Source: Deltaproteobacteria bacterium (GTDB lineage: Bacteria; Desulfobacterota; Binatia; UBA9968). Taken from it: 64,000 nt of DNA. The notes below the pieces were generated by a model. The model did not search any database. It worked only from the letters and a program-made list of their open reading frames with translations, and had not been told where the DNA came from. The stretch is taken from NCBI GenBank assembly GCA_016210115.1, contig JACQUW010000312.1, positions 3 to 64,002 on the forward strand. The letters are read 5' to 3'. Every line of letters starts with the position of its first letter. Position 1 is the stretch's first letter. A program made the translations under genes and the position numbers. Of this stretch, positions 1 to 8,873 are shown in pieces.

Positions 1-1134
1 TCCCTCTTCGGCTGTCGTTCCTAATCCAATGTCCATGAGAAAAAACTCTTCTGGGCAAAATAGATCCACTAGCCACAGGCCGCGACCACGGGATACCTTC
101 GAAACTTCGTACAGGGAAAACGCGGGTCGAATGTGGGCCTTTAGGTGAGCCTGCTGATCCAAAGATAGCTTTGCGGCCTCGTCTTGGTAATAGATCTCTA
201 TCCATCTCTGTTCCGGCCAGGGTATGTCGTGGATAGCCCGATCCATGATGAAGGACAATTCATCCTCCGTATCGCAGACGATCCGCCCCTTCTTATCCAA
301 CAGCCGTAAATCTCTTGCAGCCTGGAGGATCAATTCCCTGGGGAGCGACTTTGTAATGGCGCCCATCAACTGCATCCCCATTTGTCTAAGGTGCTTGTAT
401 GTCCTTAGGTCAGAGTCCAGAAACTCCTTTGCGCCGGTCAATACCCGGCTGACCAGTCCGTGCTGCCGGTCTTCGTCTTCCTCTGCAGCCTCCCGGTCAT
501 CTTCCGGCGTAATAAAGTCAAAACCGTTTTCCCCGAGCTTTTCCCGAAGTTTCTGAAGGACTGCTGAGGCATCATCATCGGGGCCGGCAATGTAGAGCGG
601 CTTCCCTTCCGGACCGCCAAACTGAAGGCTGCGGGTCCTGCTCAGCTCTTCAGTTCCAAGCACGCGGCGGGAAAGCTCAAAATCAGGATGAGGTTCAAAT
701 CCTAAACTTCTGGCGTAATCTACCGCGCCGTAGATGATCTCCGTGGCATAGTTGATCCCGACTCTCATGGGCTCCTCATTCTGGTAACATCCAGGGAGAA
801 GTTCATCCTCAATCTGCCTTCTGGAAAGGCCCTCATTACAAAAGGCGTTCTTGACTCCCAGGCAGAAAATATCCACCAGGAACACTCCCACCATGACTTT
901 CCCATTCTCTTGGCTCCGGGTAACCACAATGCGGGCCAACCCCTGCTCTTTCCAATCAGCATTGAGATAGCAGGCCTCCACAGGGTAATCGTCAGCATGC
1001 TGAATGCGGCGCATTTTGCCAGCATAGCTCCATAGAGACTCCCCCGGCGCTAGGTGTCTCTCCTTTGGCAAACAGCACCTTTTGTATTTCCTGCCGCTTC
1101 CGCAAGGACAGGGATCGTTTCTCTGTGGTTTCAT
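1..1134 (-). CDS. SEC-C metal-binding motif protein (partial; 3' end runs off window; absent from ORF track)
   Basis: ATG at 1134 reads MKPQRNDPCPCGSGRKYKRCC (SEC-C motif); frame stays open to position 1. Confidence 0.85.
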   Translation of the reverse strand, partial: MKPQRNDPCPCGSGRKYKRCCLPKERHLAPGESLWSYAGKMRRIQHADDYPVEACYLNADWKEQGLARIVVTRSQENGKVMVGVFLVDIFCLGVKNAFCNEGLSRRQIEDELLPGCYQNEEPMRVGINYATEIIYGAVDYARSLGFEPHPDFELSRRVLGTEELSRTRSLQFGGPEGKPLYIAGPDDDASAVLQKLREKLGENGFDFITPEDDREAAEEDEDRQHGLVSRVLTGAKEFLDSDLRTYKHLRQMGMQLMGAITKSLPRELILQAARDLRLLDKKGRIVCDTEDELSFIMDRAIHDIPWPEQRWIEIYYQDEAAKLSLDQQAHLKAHIRPAFSLYEVSKVSRGRGLWLVDLFCPEEFFLMDIGLGTTAEEG

Positions 1135-1433
1135 GAGCGCTCTTCCCCCGTTGCATTCCCTCCCCACTGCTTACTTGCAGGAGTTCTATCCTTCCAGGCA
1201 TGTCGTGTCAACTTTTTTTAGGCCAAGGTCTGACCGCTGCGCCCTCCATGAGGTAGCAAAAAATTCGGCAGCGATTGCGGGACAAGTGTATCAGCTAGGG
1301 CACCATGTCAGTAGAGTGCGAGTATCTGTGGCGGACCAGCATAAAAAGGAGACATCTAAAATACCGAGCCGGTCTCCTGGTTCTTGCAGATTGAGTTGAT
1401 GGAGAATTCAGTTGAATCTCACGGCAGGGTAAC

Positions 1434-1520
1434 GGTCAACGTCTTGGTTAACCTGGGGCCAGCTTCGAGGGTCGATGAACCAGGGCCTTTACGGACGGTC
1501 CGTTTCACCTAGAGTTAGAG
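1434..1520 (-). mobile_element. integron attC site (degenerate, last of array)
   Basis: minus strand CTCTAAC...TCTAGGTGAAAC...GGTTAACCAAGAC-GTTGACC; R'' overlaps the stop of the upstream cassette gene. Confidence 0.55.
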
Positions 1521-1900
1521 CGCGTCCTCATCATCAGGACTCGACTTTCCGGAAATGATGTCAATCACGCGCCGCACCTCCTCGAATTCGGCCTTCCCTA
1601 TGTCGAGATCACTTCGATTCGGTTGTTCCGATCTCTCGCAATTTTAAGAAGGAGGCGAGATGAACTGAACTCAATCGAACGTAAGCGAAAATGCCCGATG
1701 TATGCTTCGTCATGGGTTTCAACGTAGCATCGCCCACCGTCTGGATCTTCGAATTGGCGCTGAATCAGTAAATAAGGGCTGTCGGGGCCATTCACGTCGG
1801 AAACATCGCCGGCTGGATCGGTGTTTTCGAATGCGACCTGGTAGTAATCACCATCCTTAGATGCAGAGACGTACTTGGCTCGGAAGCGCATGGTGTTCAT
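1515..1900 (-). pseudogene. cassette-borne hypothetical protein with apparent 1-nt frameshift near 1605
   Basis: ORF 1598-1900 stops early; the alternative frame continues DIGKAEFEEVRRVIDIISGKSSPDDEDAL* with the stop inside attC R''. Confidence 0.6.
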
Positions 1901-1905
1901 GTCGC

Positions 1906-1959
1906 GCCCTAACGGTCCCGGTCACCCGCCGAAGGGCGGGTGCAGCGGGTTAGTTAGAG
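1906..1959 (-). mobile_element. integron attC site
   Basis: CTCTAAC-TAACC-CGCTGCAC-CCGCC CTTC GGCGG-GTGACCG-GGACC-GTTAGGGC: R''/L''/L'/R' layout with an extra base in L''. Confidence 0.85.
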
Positions 1960-1994
1960 TTCGTCTAATCCACCCATTGGTCATTATAACCGTC

Positions 1995-2789
1995 TTATGT
2001 GTATTCAATCCAATCGGGTGGGCCTATGGGACTGAACAAGGGCACGTTGTTTTGCTGGAACCAGTAAACGCAAAAGCGAGTGACATGCGCTTTCTTGCTG
2101 GAATCGTGATAATCGATCCGTCCGTAAAAGGCTATGCACTTAGTTCCGCTATGGTATTCCGCCATTCGTCCAGCATCAACGACAAAAAGATATTCGCTGC
2201 TGTGTCTTCCCCCATTGGGAGCGATAATAAACTCAGCAAAAGGATCGGCGTCTGGATATTGAGGTCGTTTGTTTGGCAATTTATACGGAAGCGGCTCGGC
2301 TTTAACCCTCAACCTGGTGACGAAGGCGGGACTTTTTCCAGCATTCATCGCAGACCACTTAATGCGCTGTTGGCCGAAAGAAGCATTTGGCCAATCAGCT
2401 TCAATCATAATCCACGGTCGTTCAAGGTCAGCGAGCTTGCGGGTGGCCCGCCATTGGCAGGCAGCAAAAAACGTATATCCGATACCAACAACAACCAGGG
2501 CAATCTGAATCCACACAGATGGCGAGTTCCAGGATTTTTGGCTGGTGTCGTACTGTTTGGAAGCGGTTTTTATTTGATCTTGTATGGCGCGAAGTGTTTT
2601 GAGTATCTCAATTTGAAACGGCGTGGGTTTTTCTGGTTGTTGCTTAGCGGAATTCTTTATCTCCTTGGGGGTATCCTTATGTTTATCGGACCTCGTCTCC
2701 TGTGATGCTGGACTTGATTTCGAGTCCGCGCTTTCGCTTGTGCCGCTTAGCGCGAGGAAAATCAGGATCAACGCAAATGAAAGTTTCAC
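1995..2789 (-). CDS. cassette-borne exported/membrane-anchored hypothetical protein
   Basis: signal peptide, one TM segment; bounded by attC sites. Confidence 0.7.
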   Translation of the reverse strand: MKLSFALILIFLALSGTSESADSKSSPASQETRSDKHKDTPKEIKNSAKQQPEKPTPFQIEILKTLRAIQDQIKTASKQYDTSQKSWNSPSVWIQIALVVVGIGYTFFAACQWRATRKLADLERPWIMIEADWPNASFGQQRIKWSAMNAGKSPAFVTRLRVKAEPLPYKLPNKRPQYPDADPFAEFIIAPNGGRHSSEYLFVVDAGRMAEYHSGTKCIAFYGRIDYHDSSKKAHVTRFCVYWFQQNNVPLFSPIGPPDWIEYT

Positions 2790-2796
2790 AAAGCAA

Positions 2797-2854
2797 CTCT
2801 AACGCAACGCTCAGCCGGCGCTCTTAGCGATCGGTCTGAAGCAAAATGTTAGAC
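2797..2854 (-). mobile_element. integron attC site
   Basis: GTCTAAC-ATTTT-GCTTCAG...CTGAGC-GTTGC-GTTAGAG; 58 bp imperfect palindrome. Confidence 0.88.
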
Positions 2855-2863
2855 GGTAAACAA

Positions 2864-3388
2864 TCATAACCACTTAATAAGAAACAGCGACGGTATCAAA
2901 AGGTAAACGAACCCCACAAGTAAGTTTGCGCACGAAGCACGCGCTGTGATGTTCAGGTCCTTAATTGTCGGCTCTACCAAAGGTGGCCTTTCGGATTGAA
3001 GGTCTTCAGGGAGATCCCCCTGTTTGGAAAGGTAGAAACAGGCAGGACTGAACTCGACCGCGCCTAGCCAGAGCCGATAGAAAGCAAACGCTGCGAACGC
3101 TGGAACCACACCGCGCAAGACAACATCAAGAGCTGTGTAACCAGTCCAGTCTTTAGGATCGGTAAGCGATCCGCGCAGCATCCAGAGCGCGAAACCAAAG
3201 AAAGTCACCGGTGCTAGATTGAGAGCTAATAAGGAGAGGAGAAGACGCCGCCGAATACAGCCCCGTTGGCCGCTTGGCATCAGGAACAACAAAGGCCAAT
3301 TGAAGGCTTTCCATCTCGGCTGTACGTTTGCGACGGTACCCAAGAATATGGCGAAGAAAATAGCGAAGACGGTCTGAGTCTCGTTCAT
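2864..3388 (-). CDS. cassette-borne multi-pass membrane protein
   Basis: about four hydrophobic segments; ATGA overlap with the upstream nuclease gene. Confidence 0.7.
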   Translation of the reverse strand: MNETQTVFAIFFAIFLGTVANVQPRWKAFNWPLLFLMPSGQRGCIRRRLLLSLLALNLAPVTFFGFALWMLRGSLTDPKDWTGYTALDVVLRGVVPAFAAFAFYRLWLGAVEFSPACFYLSKQGDLPEDLQSERPPLVEPTIKDLNITARASCANLLVGFVYLLIPSLFLIKWL

Positions 3389-3897
3389 CGGATTTTCTCC
3401 GGGTAAGGAATTTGAAGTTCACGCGCTATCTGTTCAAAGCCAGCCTCGTTCTTGTAAAGCTCGATTTCTAAACCGCGTGTCCTGACTTTTTCCCAGGATG
3501 ACCGGGTATCGTGGTGTGACCGAATAAAAGAAACGGGGAAAGTGTAAAACTCCGGCTCCGTCGCGCCATCCCGCGACAATGACCGGCGTGCCTTCTGAAA
3601 AAAATATCCGACGTTGAGGAAGACGACGATCAAGTAGTCAAATGCATCGAGAGTTCGAGCTTTAACGGGAAACCCACGGTCGCTATCGGTGGCAAGGCGA
3701 CTCTTGACCTGGACACGGATTTGCCGCCCGTTCCTGCGCGGATCAGGGTGGATACATATTAGATCGTAGCCTTCGTTGTTCGGCGGCGCTTTGTAAGTGA
3801 GAATGTTCCGCCGCATGAGATGGCCCATGACGAGGTATTCCGCGCTGTGGGAGATAACCGGGTATCGAGTAAATCTTACTATGGGTTGCTGCACCAT
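3385..3897 (-). CDS. PD-(D/E)XK-like nuclease-fold protein (cassette-borne)
   Basis: AEYLV...GYDLICI...IRVQVKSR (E...D...QxK pattern). Confidence 0.65.
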   Translation of the reverse strand: MVQQPIVRFTRYPVISHSAEYLVMGHLMRRNILTYKAPPNNEGYDLICIHPDPRRNGRQIRVQVKSRLATDSDRGFPVKARTLDAFDYLIVVFLNVGYFFQKARRSLSRDGATEPEFYTFPVSFIRSHHDTRSSWEKVRTRGLEIELYKNEAGFEQIARELQIPYPEKIR

Positions 3898-3915
3898 AAG
3901 GGCTCACAGAAATCC

Positions 3916-3934
3916 GTCTAACTATTAAGTATAC
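3916..3934 (-). mobile_element. attI-like primary recombination site
   Basis: GTATACT-TAATA-GTTAGAC (7-5-7 layout); GTTAGACGG is complementary to CCGTCTAAC at the attC ending this cassette; no R'' seen upstream. Confidence 0.5.
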
Positions 3935-4479
3935 TGCCGAATGTCCGGCGGGGTATCACGTTTTCTCCTTTCGATCCCACAAGGACGAAACCGCTTGAAA
4001 TATCCCGCATTTACCCAGAGCTTGTCAAGGATATTAATCCGACAAACGCTGCCATTTCGGCGGTGTATCCAGATATTGGCCCGCAGTATATCTAGGCGAA
4101 CTGACGACGCACAGCGTAGAATTCAACTGAACGACGCTACAATTAGATTTTATGGGAGGACATTCGGCATTTTGCCCCCTAAACCTAACTTTTCGACCGC
4201 TCTCCTCCGAGGCCAGGGTCCAAATATCTCTGAGGCGTCTCGCAACAGATTAGTGCCGAAGACCCTAACAAAGATCGCAAGGCCTAGAAAGATTGTGAGC
4301 CACAGGGCGCGACAAGGCCAGAGCCGATCTTCGAGCCTCTGCTCTTGCGCATCGTAAGGAGCGAGAGAAACCGCTTGCCGGAATCGGCTCTAACCACGTA
4401 TGATATTTGGGAAAATTGAGTGGACGAGCCCCGTCATTGGCGGCATCCGCAGCATCCCGGGAGCCATGCTCGGTGGTTT

Positions 4480-4623
4480 TTTCCTGGGATCGTGGAGAAC
4501 GTGGGGATCTGGAAGATCCAGGCCCAATGGAAGTATACCATTGCCTTTACTGTTCTGATCGTTTTCTTACTGTTTCGCCCTGGCGGCATATTTAACGTCA
4601 AAGCTGAGCCGGAGAGAATTTAG
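4480..4623 (+). pseudogene. 3' remnant of branched-chain amino-acid ABC permease (LivH-like)
   Basis: GIVENVGIWKIQAQWKYTIAFTVLIVFLLFRPGGIF resembles the LivH C-terminus; no N-terminal part. Confidence 0.6.
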
Positions 4624-4873
4624 CACTCATGTGAAAAGCGTAGAAACACAGAGTATACCCCGATCCGACATTAATCGACCGTGGAAATCATCTCCCATAG
4701 GCGTCAGATCAGAGGGAGCGGCTGTGCGTGCCATGAATCAGAAATTCACGTTAAGTGAAGTTCAGGAGCCGCCATCCAGTGGGCGAACCGTGCTGCGTAT
4801 AACTCCGGCGGCCTATAGAGGGATCAGTTATTGTCGGATCGGGGTATAGTGATGTCGTAAGGAGGCTCTTCCG

Positions 4874-5104
4874 ATGAAGTACTACTACGAGCCAAACGAT
4901 GCTTACTTCACGAAACATCTGCAAAAGCTGGTCAAGGACCACGGGGGAAAATGGGTGGTGATCGCGGGGGAGCGGCGCCTAATAGGGGTAGGCCATGAAG
5001 CCGAGTTAAAAAAGCTTACCGTGCGAGCACGCAAACGTTATCCGAAAGACATTCCTCTGGTTGCTCCCATCCCACGGAGAGAAGAACTTGAATGCATTCT
5101 GTGA
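4874..5104 (+). CDS. small DUF5678-like protein
   Basis: 76 aa, RBS AGGAGG, motif L...HGGKWVVIAGE. Confidence 0.6.
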   Translation: MKYYYEPNDAYFTKHLQKLVKDHGGKWVVIAGERRLIGVGHEAELKKLTVRARKRYPKDIPLVAPIPRREELECIL

Positions 5105-5210
5105 CTCTTCGCTACAAGCTCTTATACAAGCGTTGGATGCCGATTATACTGGTAACCTTGGCTTGGCGGGGAGCGCTCCTCCACAGTGAAGCCTACCTGG
5201 TGACCGGGTA
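5092..5210 (+). pseudogene. degraded retropepsin-like aspartyl protease remnant
   Basis: MHSVTLRYKLLYKRWMPIILVTL then frameshifted EAYL(V)TG*; usual partner of DUF5678-like genes. Confidence 0.4.
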
Positions 5211-5289
5211 GCCCTTGTCGGTCCCGTAAAAGCAAGCCTTTAAGGGGAGTCTGAATTGACCCGATCTCATACCCGCATATCATCCGCAT

Positions 5290-5521
5290 TATTAGTGAGT
5301 TGACCAGTAAGTAGACATGGGAGGTCACCCGATGAGGGCTTCTCTCGCTCCTTTTGCGAAATCTGGCCTCTTTCCGTCATGCCCGCGCAGGCGGACATCC
5401 AGTCCGCTTCTGCCCCTCCCCTGGATTCCTGCTTTCGCGGGAATGACGAAACCCGCCCCTTTCAACGCCTGCCTTCTGGGCGCCTTTGGAGAACGTAAAG
5501 TTGCTTATGAACTCCTTAGTA
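5290..5521 (+). mobile_element. MITE-like element copy 1, containing a REP-like palindrome pair
   Basis: homologous in inverted orientation to 33127-33344; ends TATTAGTGAGTT / AACTCCTTAGTA; internal GTCATGCCCGCG...CTGGATTCCTGCTTTCGCGGGAATGAC. Confidence 0.7.
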
Positions 5522-5539
5522 ATTGCTAACGGGTGACAC

Positions 5540-5857
5540 ATGGGCAAAGCTAAGCTAAAGAAGGAAAAGTGGACTTTGACCTTTGACCGGCGATTGAAGG
5601 GGCCTGTGGTGGAGGGTGCCAAAAGACGGGGAGTATATCCGGTGCAGGTCCTGCTGGAGTCTCTAGTACGTGAGCGGTTAAACCCTTTTGGGCATACGGA
5701 CATCCAGGACGAGACGGCCTATATTCGTAAGCTGCGAAAGAAAGACAAAGAAAAGAGCGATGAGGAATTCCTTGAGGAAATCCGGCGGTGGGAGAAAATC
5801 AAACCTATGTCATTTTCGCATGGTCGAAGGTCTAGCCCTTTTGCCCATAGAAGCTAG
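5540..5857 (+). CDS. small antitoxin-like (ribbon-helix-helix-like) protein
   Basis: basic N-terminal strand-helix-helix pattern, acidic C-terminal part; no adjacent toxin seen. Confidence 0.45.
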   Translation: MGKAKLKKEKWTLTFDRRLKGPVVEGAKRRGVYPVQVLLESLVRERLNPFGHTDIQDETAYIRKLRKKDKEKSDEEFLEEIRRWEKIKPMSFSHGRRSSPFAHRS

Positions 5858-5886
5858 ACAGAGCAGTTAACACCCGGAATTGGTTC

Positions 5887-7035
5887 TCATTCGACGATCT
5901 GTTTTACCGCCGCCTCGATTTCTTCTTTCACCTCGGGATCTGATTCTCTTTGCAGTCGATTGGCTAAAGCCGCGAGGGCCTCGGTAGTGCCAAGCTCGCC
6001 CAATGCCCAACCCACATGCCTCCTGACGAGCGGGTCGTGATCCTGGAGCGCCTGGACCAAGGCAGGGACGGCTTGCGGGTTTTTGAGATTTCCCAGGGCC
6101 ACTGCGACGTTCCGAAGAAAGCCCCGGCGTTTGGCTCTGAGAACCGGGCTTCCGCGGAAACGGCGGCGAAACTCTTCTTCGTTGATGGAAAGAAGCGGGA
6201 TAAGATCGGGCGCATAGAGACCTTCACGAGGAAGGAACGCCGCCTCGTTCGTCAAAGCAGCCTTAGCATTATATGGGCAAACCTCCTGGCAGATATCGCA
6301 ACCGAAAATGTGGTTGCCTATTAAAGGGCGAAGATGTCGCGGAATCGCGCCTTTCAACTCAATCGTCAGGTAGGAAATACAGCGACGGGCATCGAGGACG
6401 TAGGGACCCACGAAAGCTCCGGTCGGGCATGCCTTTAAGCATAGATCGCATCGCCCACATCGATCCCGGATCGGCCGGTCGTAGGCTAACTCGAGGTTCA
6501 GAAACAGTTCCCCGAGAAAAAACCATGATCCGCGCCGGGGAGAAATGAGATGGGTGTTCTTTCCGATCCAGCCGATTCCCGCAACACCGGCGATGTCTCT
6601 TTCCAGGACAGGTCCTGAGTCGACAAAAGCCTTCCCCTGAATGCTCTCAGGGCTGAGGCCTCTGATCGTCTCCAGGAGCCGCTCCAACCGTTCGAGCATG
6701 ACATTATGGTAATCGTCTCCCCAGGCATAGCGTGAGATGCAACCTTTGATTTCGTTCTCCTGGACGTTTCGAGGCATCGGGGTGTAGTAGTTCATTCCCA
6801 CCGAAATTACCGAGATCGCCCAGGGAACCAATTTTTTGGGGTCGCGCCGCACCTCTTCAGTGCGGTTGAGGTAGCCCATCTCTCCCCCCAATCCCTTCCT
6901 CAGCCACTGTGAAAACGACTCGACGTGGCGAGGGGACTCTACCGGCGAGATTCCCACGAGGCCAAACCCAAGCTGCTGCGCTTGCTCTTTGATGAGCGCG
7001 GAGAGGGAGATTGGATCCGTTTTTTCAGCTTTCAT
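5887..7035 (-). CDS. queG: epoxyqueuosine reductase with C-terminal HEAT repeats
   Basis: ISRYAWGDDYH, FVDSGPVLER, CGRCDLCLKACPT, GCDICQEVCP. Confidence 0.95.
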   Translation of the reverse strand: MKAEKTDPISLSALIKEQAQQLGFGLVGISPVESPRHVESFSQWLRKGLGGEMGYLNRTEEVRRDPKKLVPWAISVISVGMNYYTPMPRNVQENEIKGCISRYAWGDDYHNVMLERLERLLETIRGLSPESIQGKAFVDSGPVLERDIAGVAGIGWIGKNTHLISPRRGSWFFLGELFLNLELAYDRPIRDRCGRCDLCLKACPTGAFVGPYVLDARRCISYLTIELKGAIPRHLRPLIGNHIFGCDICQEVCPYNAKAALTNEAAFLPREGLYAPDLIPLLSINEEEFRRRFRGSPVLRAKRRGFLRNVAVALGNLKNPQAVPALVQALQDHDPLVRRHVGWALGELGTTEALAALANRLQRESDPEVKEEIEAAVKQIVE

Positions 7036-7249
7036 GGTGCGTGGCGTCTATCGAATTCTTCGGGTATTTACCGGCATTCCGGTGGCGAATAACTGAACGA
7101 GGTCTGATGTTCTCAGCGTGAAGGGAATTGCAAAGAAGCGTTCACTTCAGAAGTCATATTAACGCTCTGTCGCGCAAAAACAAGTCGCAGGCGAGGCGCC
7201 CTTAGCGGCTCGTCATGGATTCGACCTCAGATCGCACCGTGTCATGCAG

Positions 7250-8761
7250 TCACCGGTTGATGAGTGATTCAGGGCTGGCACGAAGCTGTATCTGCAGAGG
7301 GGTTCCCTCGGCCTTTTCCATCTTCAGGTCGAGCCAGTGGGCCACGGTCGGAGCAACATCAATGAGCTTTGCGCTCTCGATTTTGCCCGGGGCAATGGAC
7401 GGTCCGTAGACGAGGAGTGAAGCCCACATTTCCGGGCGGTCGGGATCGTAACCGTGTGTGCCGGCGAAAGGGGAGGCTGAAAGGTACTCGCCGGTGTAGC
7501 CTTCACCGATGGTGAATCCCTCCGCAGCTTCGAGGGCCAGGAAAGCTGACGGGTTGCCGCCTTTGGCGCGGATTTCATCTTGCCTGTAGATGCGCCGGAT
7601 GCCGCTGGCCGGTTTGCCTGCCAGTGGGAGGAGAATGTCCAGCAAGGTTTTGCTGGTTGCCGTATCGTTCGGATCTTTCAGGTAGACGTAAGCATGGCCG
7701 CCGTTTGAAGCCACCGAGGCCTTCCAATCGCTCACGCGGTTGCGCGGGTTCAGCGTCACCAGCCCTTTTTGCGCCAGCAGCACGCCGACTCGGACACGCC
7801 GGGAGATCGGCGCGAAACCGTGATCGGATACGACCAGCAACACCGTCTCCCTCCAGATCCCGGCGTTTTTTGCGGCTGTGATGACGCGGTCTATTTGCCT
7901 TTCGGCGTTCTCAATAGCCGCAATCGCCCTGGCGCTGAATGGACCTCCCGCGTGTTGCTCGTTATCCACCTGGAAGATGTGGAGCATCAGCAGATTCGGC
8001 CGCAGCGTCTCGATCAGATGCACGGCAATATCGGTGAGCGATTCATCCTTTACTCTGGGCGGCGTATATCCTGCTCGAAATCTGGGAAAACGCTTCTCCA
8101 CAGCTTCCAGTATACCCGGTGTGGCCAGGGCTCTAATCAATTTGACGTCGTCTTCCGTGCCGGCGCGCCAGATCTCGGGGACGACGGCAGTGGCCCGCGC
8201 TCCAACCGTAACCGGCCAGGAGACGAGAGCCGTGGTGAGGCCTCGGGCGCGCGCGGCATCCCAAAGCGTGGGCGCCTGGATATCTTCGGTGTACCATCGC
8301 CACCCACCGTTGTTTTTTCCGAGCGGATCGAAAGCGATGTTGGAAAAGATTCCGTGGGTCAGAGGATTCGTGCCTGTGGCAATCGAGGTGTGCGAAGGAT
8401 AAGTTACGCTGGGGAAGACCGAGCGGGCGCCTTGACTCCACGCGCCGTTGCGCGCCATCTCGCGCAGCGTGGGAAGTTGCAAACCGTAGGCATCCGGCGA
8501 AACGTAGACAGCGGGCATCAAACCGTCGACCGAAACGATGATTACGTGTCGAATTCGACCTCTCGAGGGTCCCGCCATCGGAGGCGAGGCCGTTTGAGCG
8601 GGAAGAAGTGTGGAATAGAAGAGCAGGGCGACAAAAAGAATCGAGCCGATCCGGTTCACCGGGTCCTGGCCTGTCCACCGGACAAAAGAAATCAGTAGGG
8701 TCTTGAATATTCTCGCTGAAGACATAGAGAAAGCCGGTCCGAGCTTTTGAAGGCTAGCCAT
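7250..8761 (-). CDS. alkaline phosphatase superfamily nucleotide pyrophosphatase/phosphodiesterase (true start may be further downstream)
   Basis: VSVDGL, PSVTYPSHTSIATG, SDHGF, GTHGY. Confidence 0.9.
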   Translation of the reverse strand: MASLQKLGPAFSMSSARIFKTLLISFVRWTGQDPVNRIGSILFVALLFYSTLLPAQTASPPMAGPSRGRIRHVIIVSVDGLMPAVYVSPDAYGLQLPTLREMARNGAWSQGARSVFPSVTYPSHTSIATGTNPLTHGIFSNIAFDPLGKNNGGWRWYTEDIQAPTLWDAARARGLTTALVSWPVTVGARATAVVPEIWRAGTEDDVKLIRALATPGILEAVEKRFPRFRAGYTPPRVKDESLTDIAVHLIETLRPNLLMLHIFQVDNEQHAGGPFSARAIAAIENAERQIDRVITAAKNAGIWRETVLLVVSDHGFAPISRRVRVGVLLAQKGLVTLNPRNRVSDWKASVASNGGHAYVYLKDPNDTATSKTLLDILLPLAGKPASGIRRIYRQDEIRAKGGNPSAFLALEAAEGFTIGEGYTGEYLSASPFAGTHGYDPDRPEMWASLLVYGPSIAPGKIESAKLIDVAPTVAHWLDLKMEKAEGTPLQIQLRASPESLINR

Positions 8762-8808
8762 AAGGACGGGTATCCGTCAAGCGTCCCACCACAACGCGAA
8801 TTTCCCCT

Positions 8809-8838
8809 TTGACACGCCGCGGATGACTCGTCTATAGT
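8809..8838 (+). promoter_or_regulatory. sigma70-type promoter of UGSC gene 1
   Basis: TTGACA-18 nt-TATAGT; RBS AGGAGG before ATG 8874. Confidence 0.6.
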
Positions 8839-8873
8839 CGATTTTTGCACTCTTTTGAATAGGAGGAAGCATT

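Noticed and set aside
1875-2705. 276-aa ORF antisense to cassette gene
   Set aside because: Crosses an attC site and opposes cassette orientation; most likely a shadow ORF
3941-4357. ORF located where intI would be expected
   Set aside because: No tyrosine-recombinase motifs (R...HxxR...Y); looks like a spurious ORF
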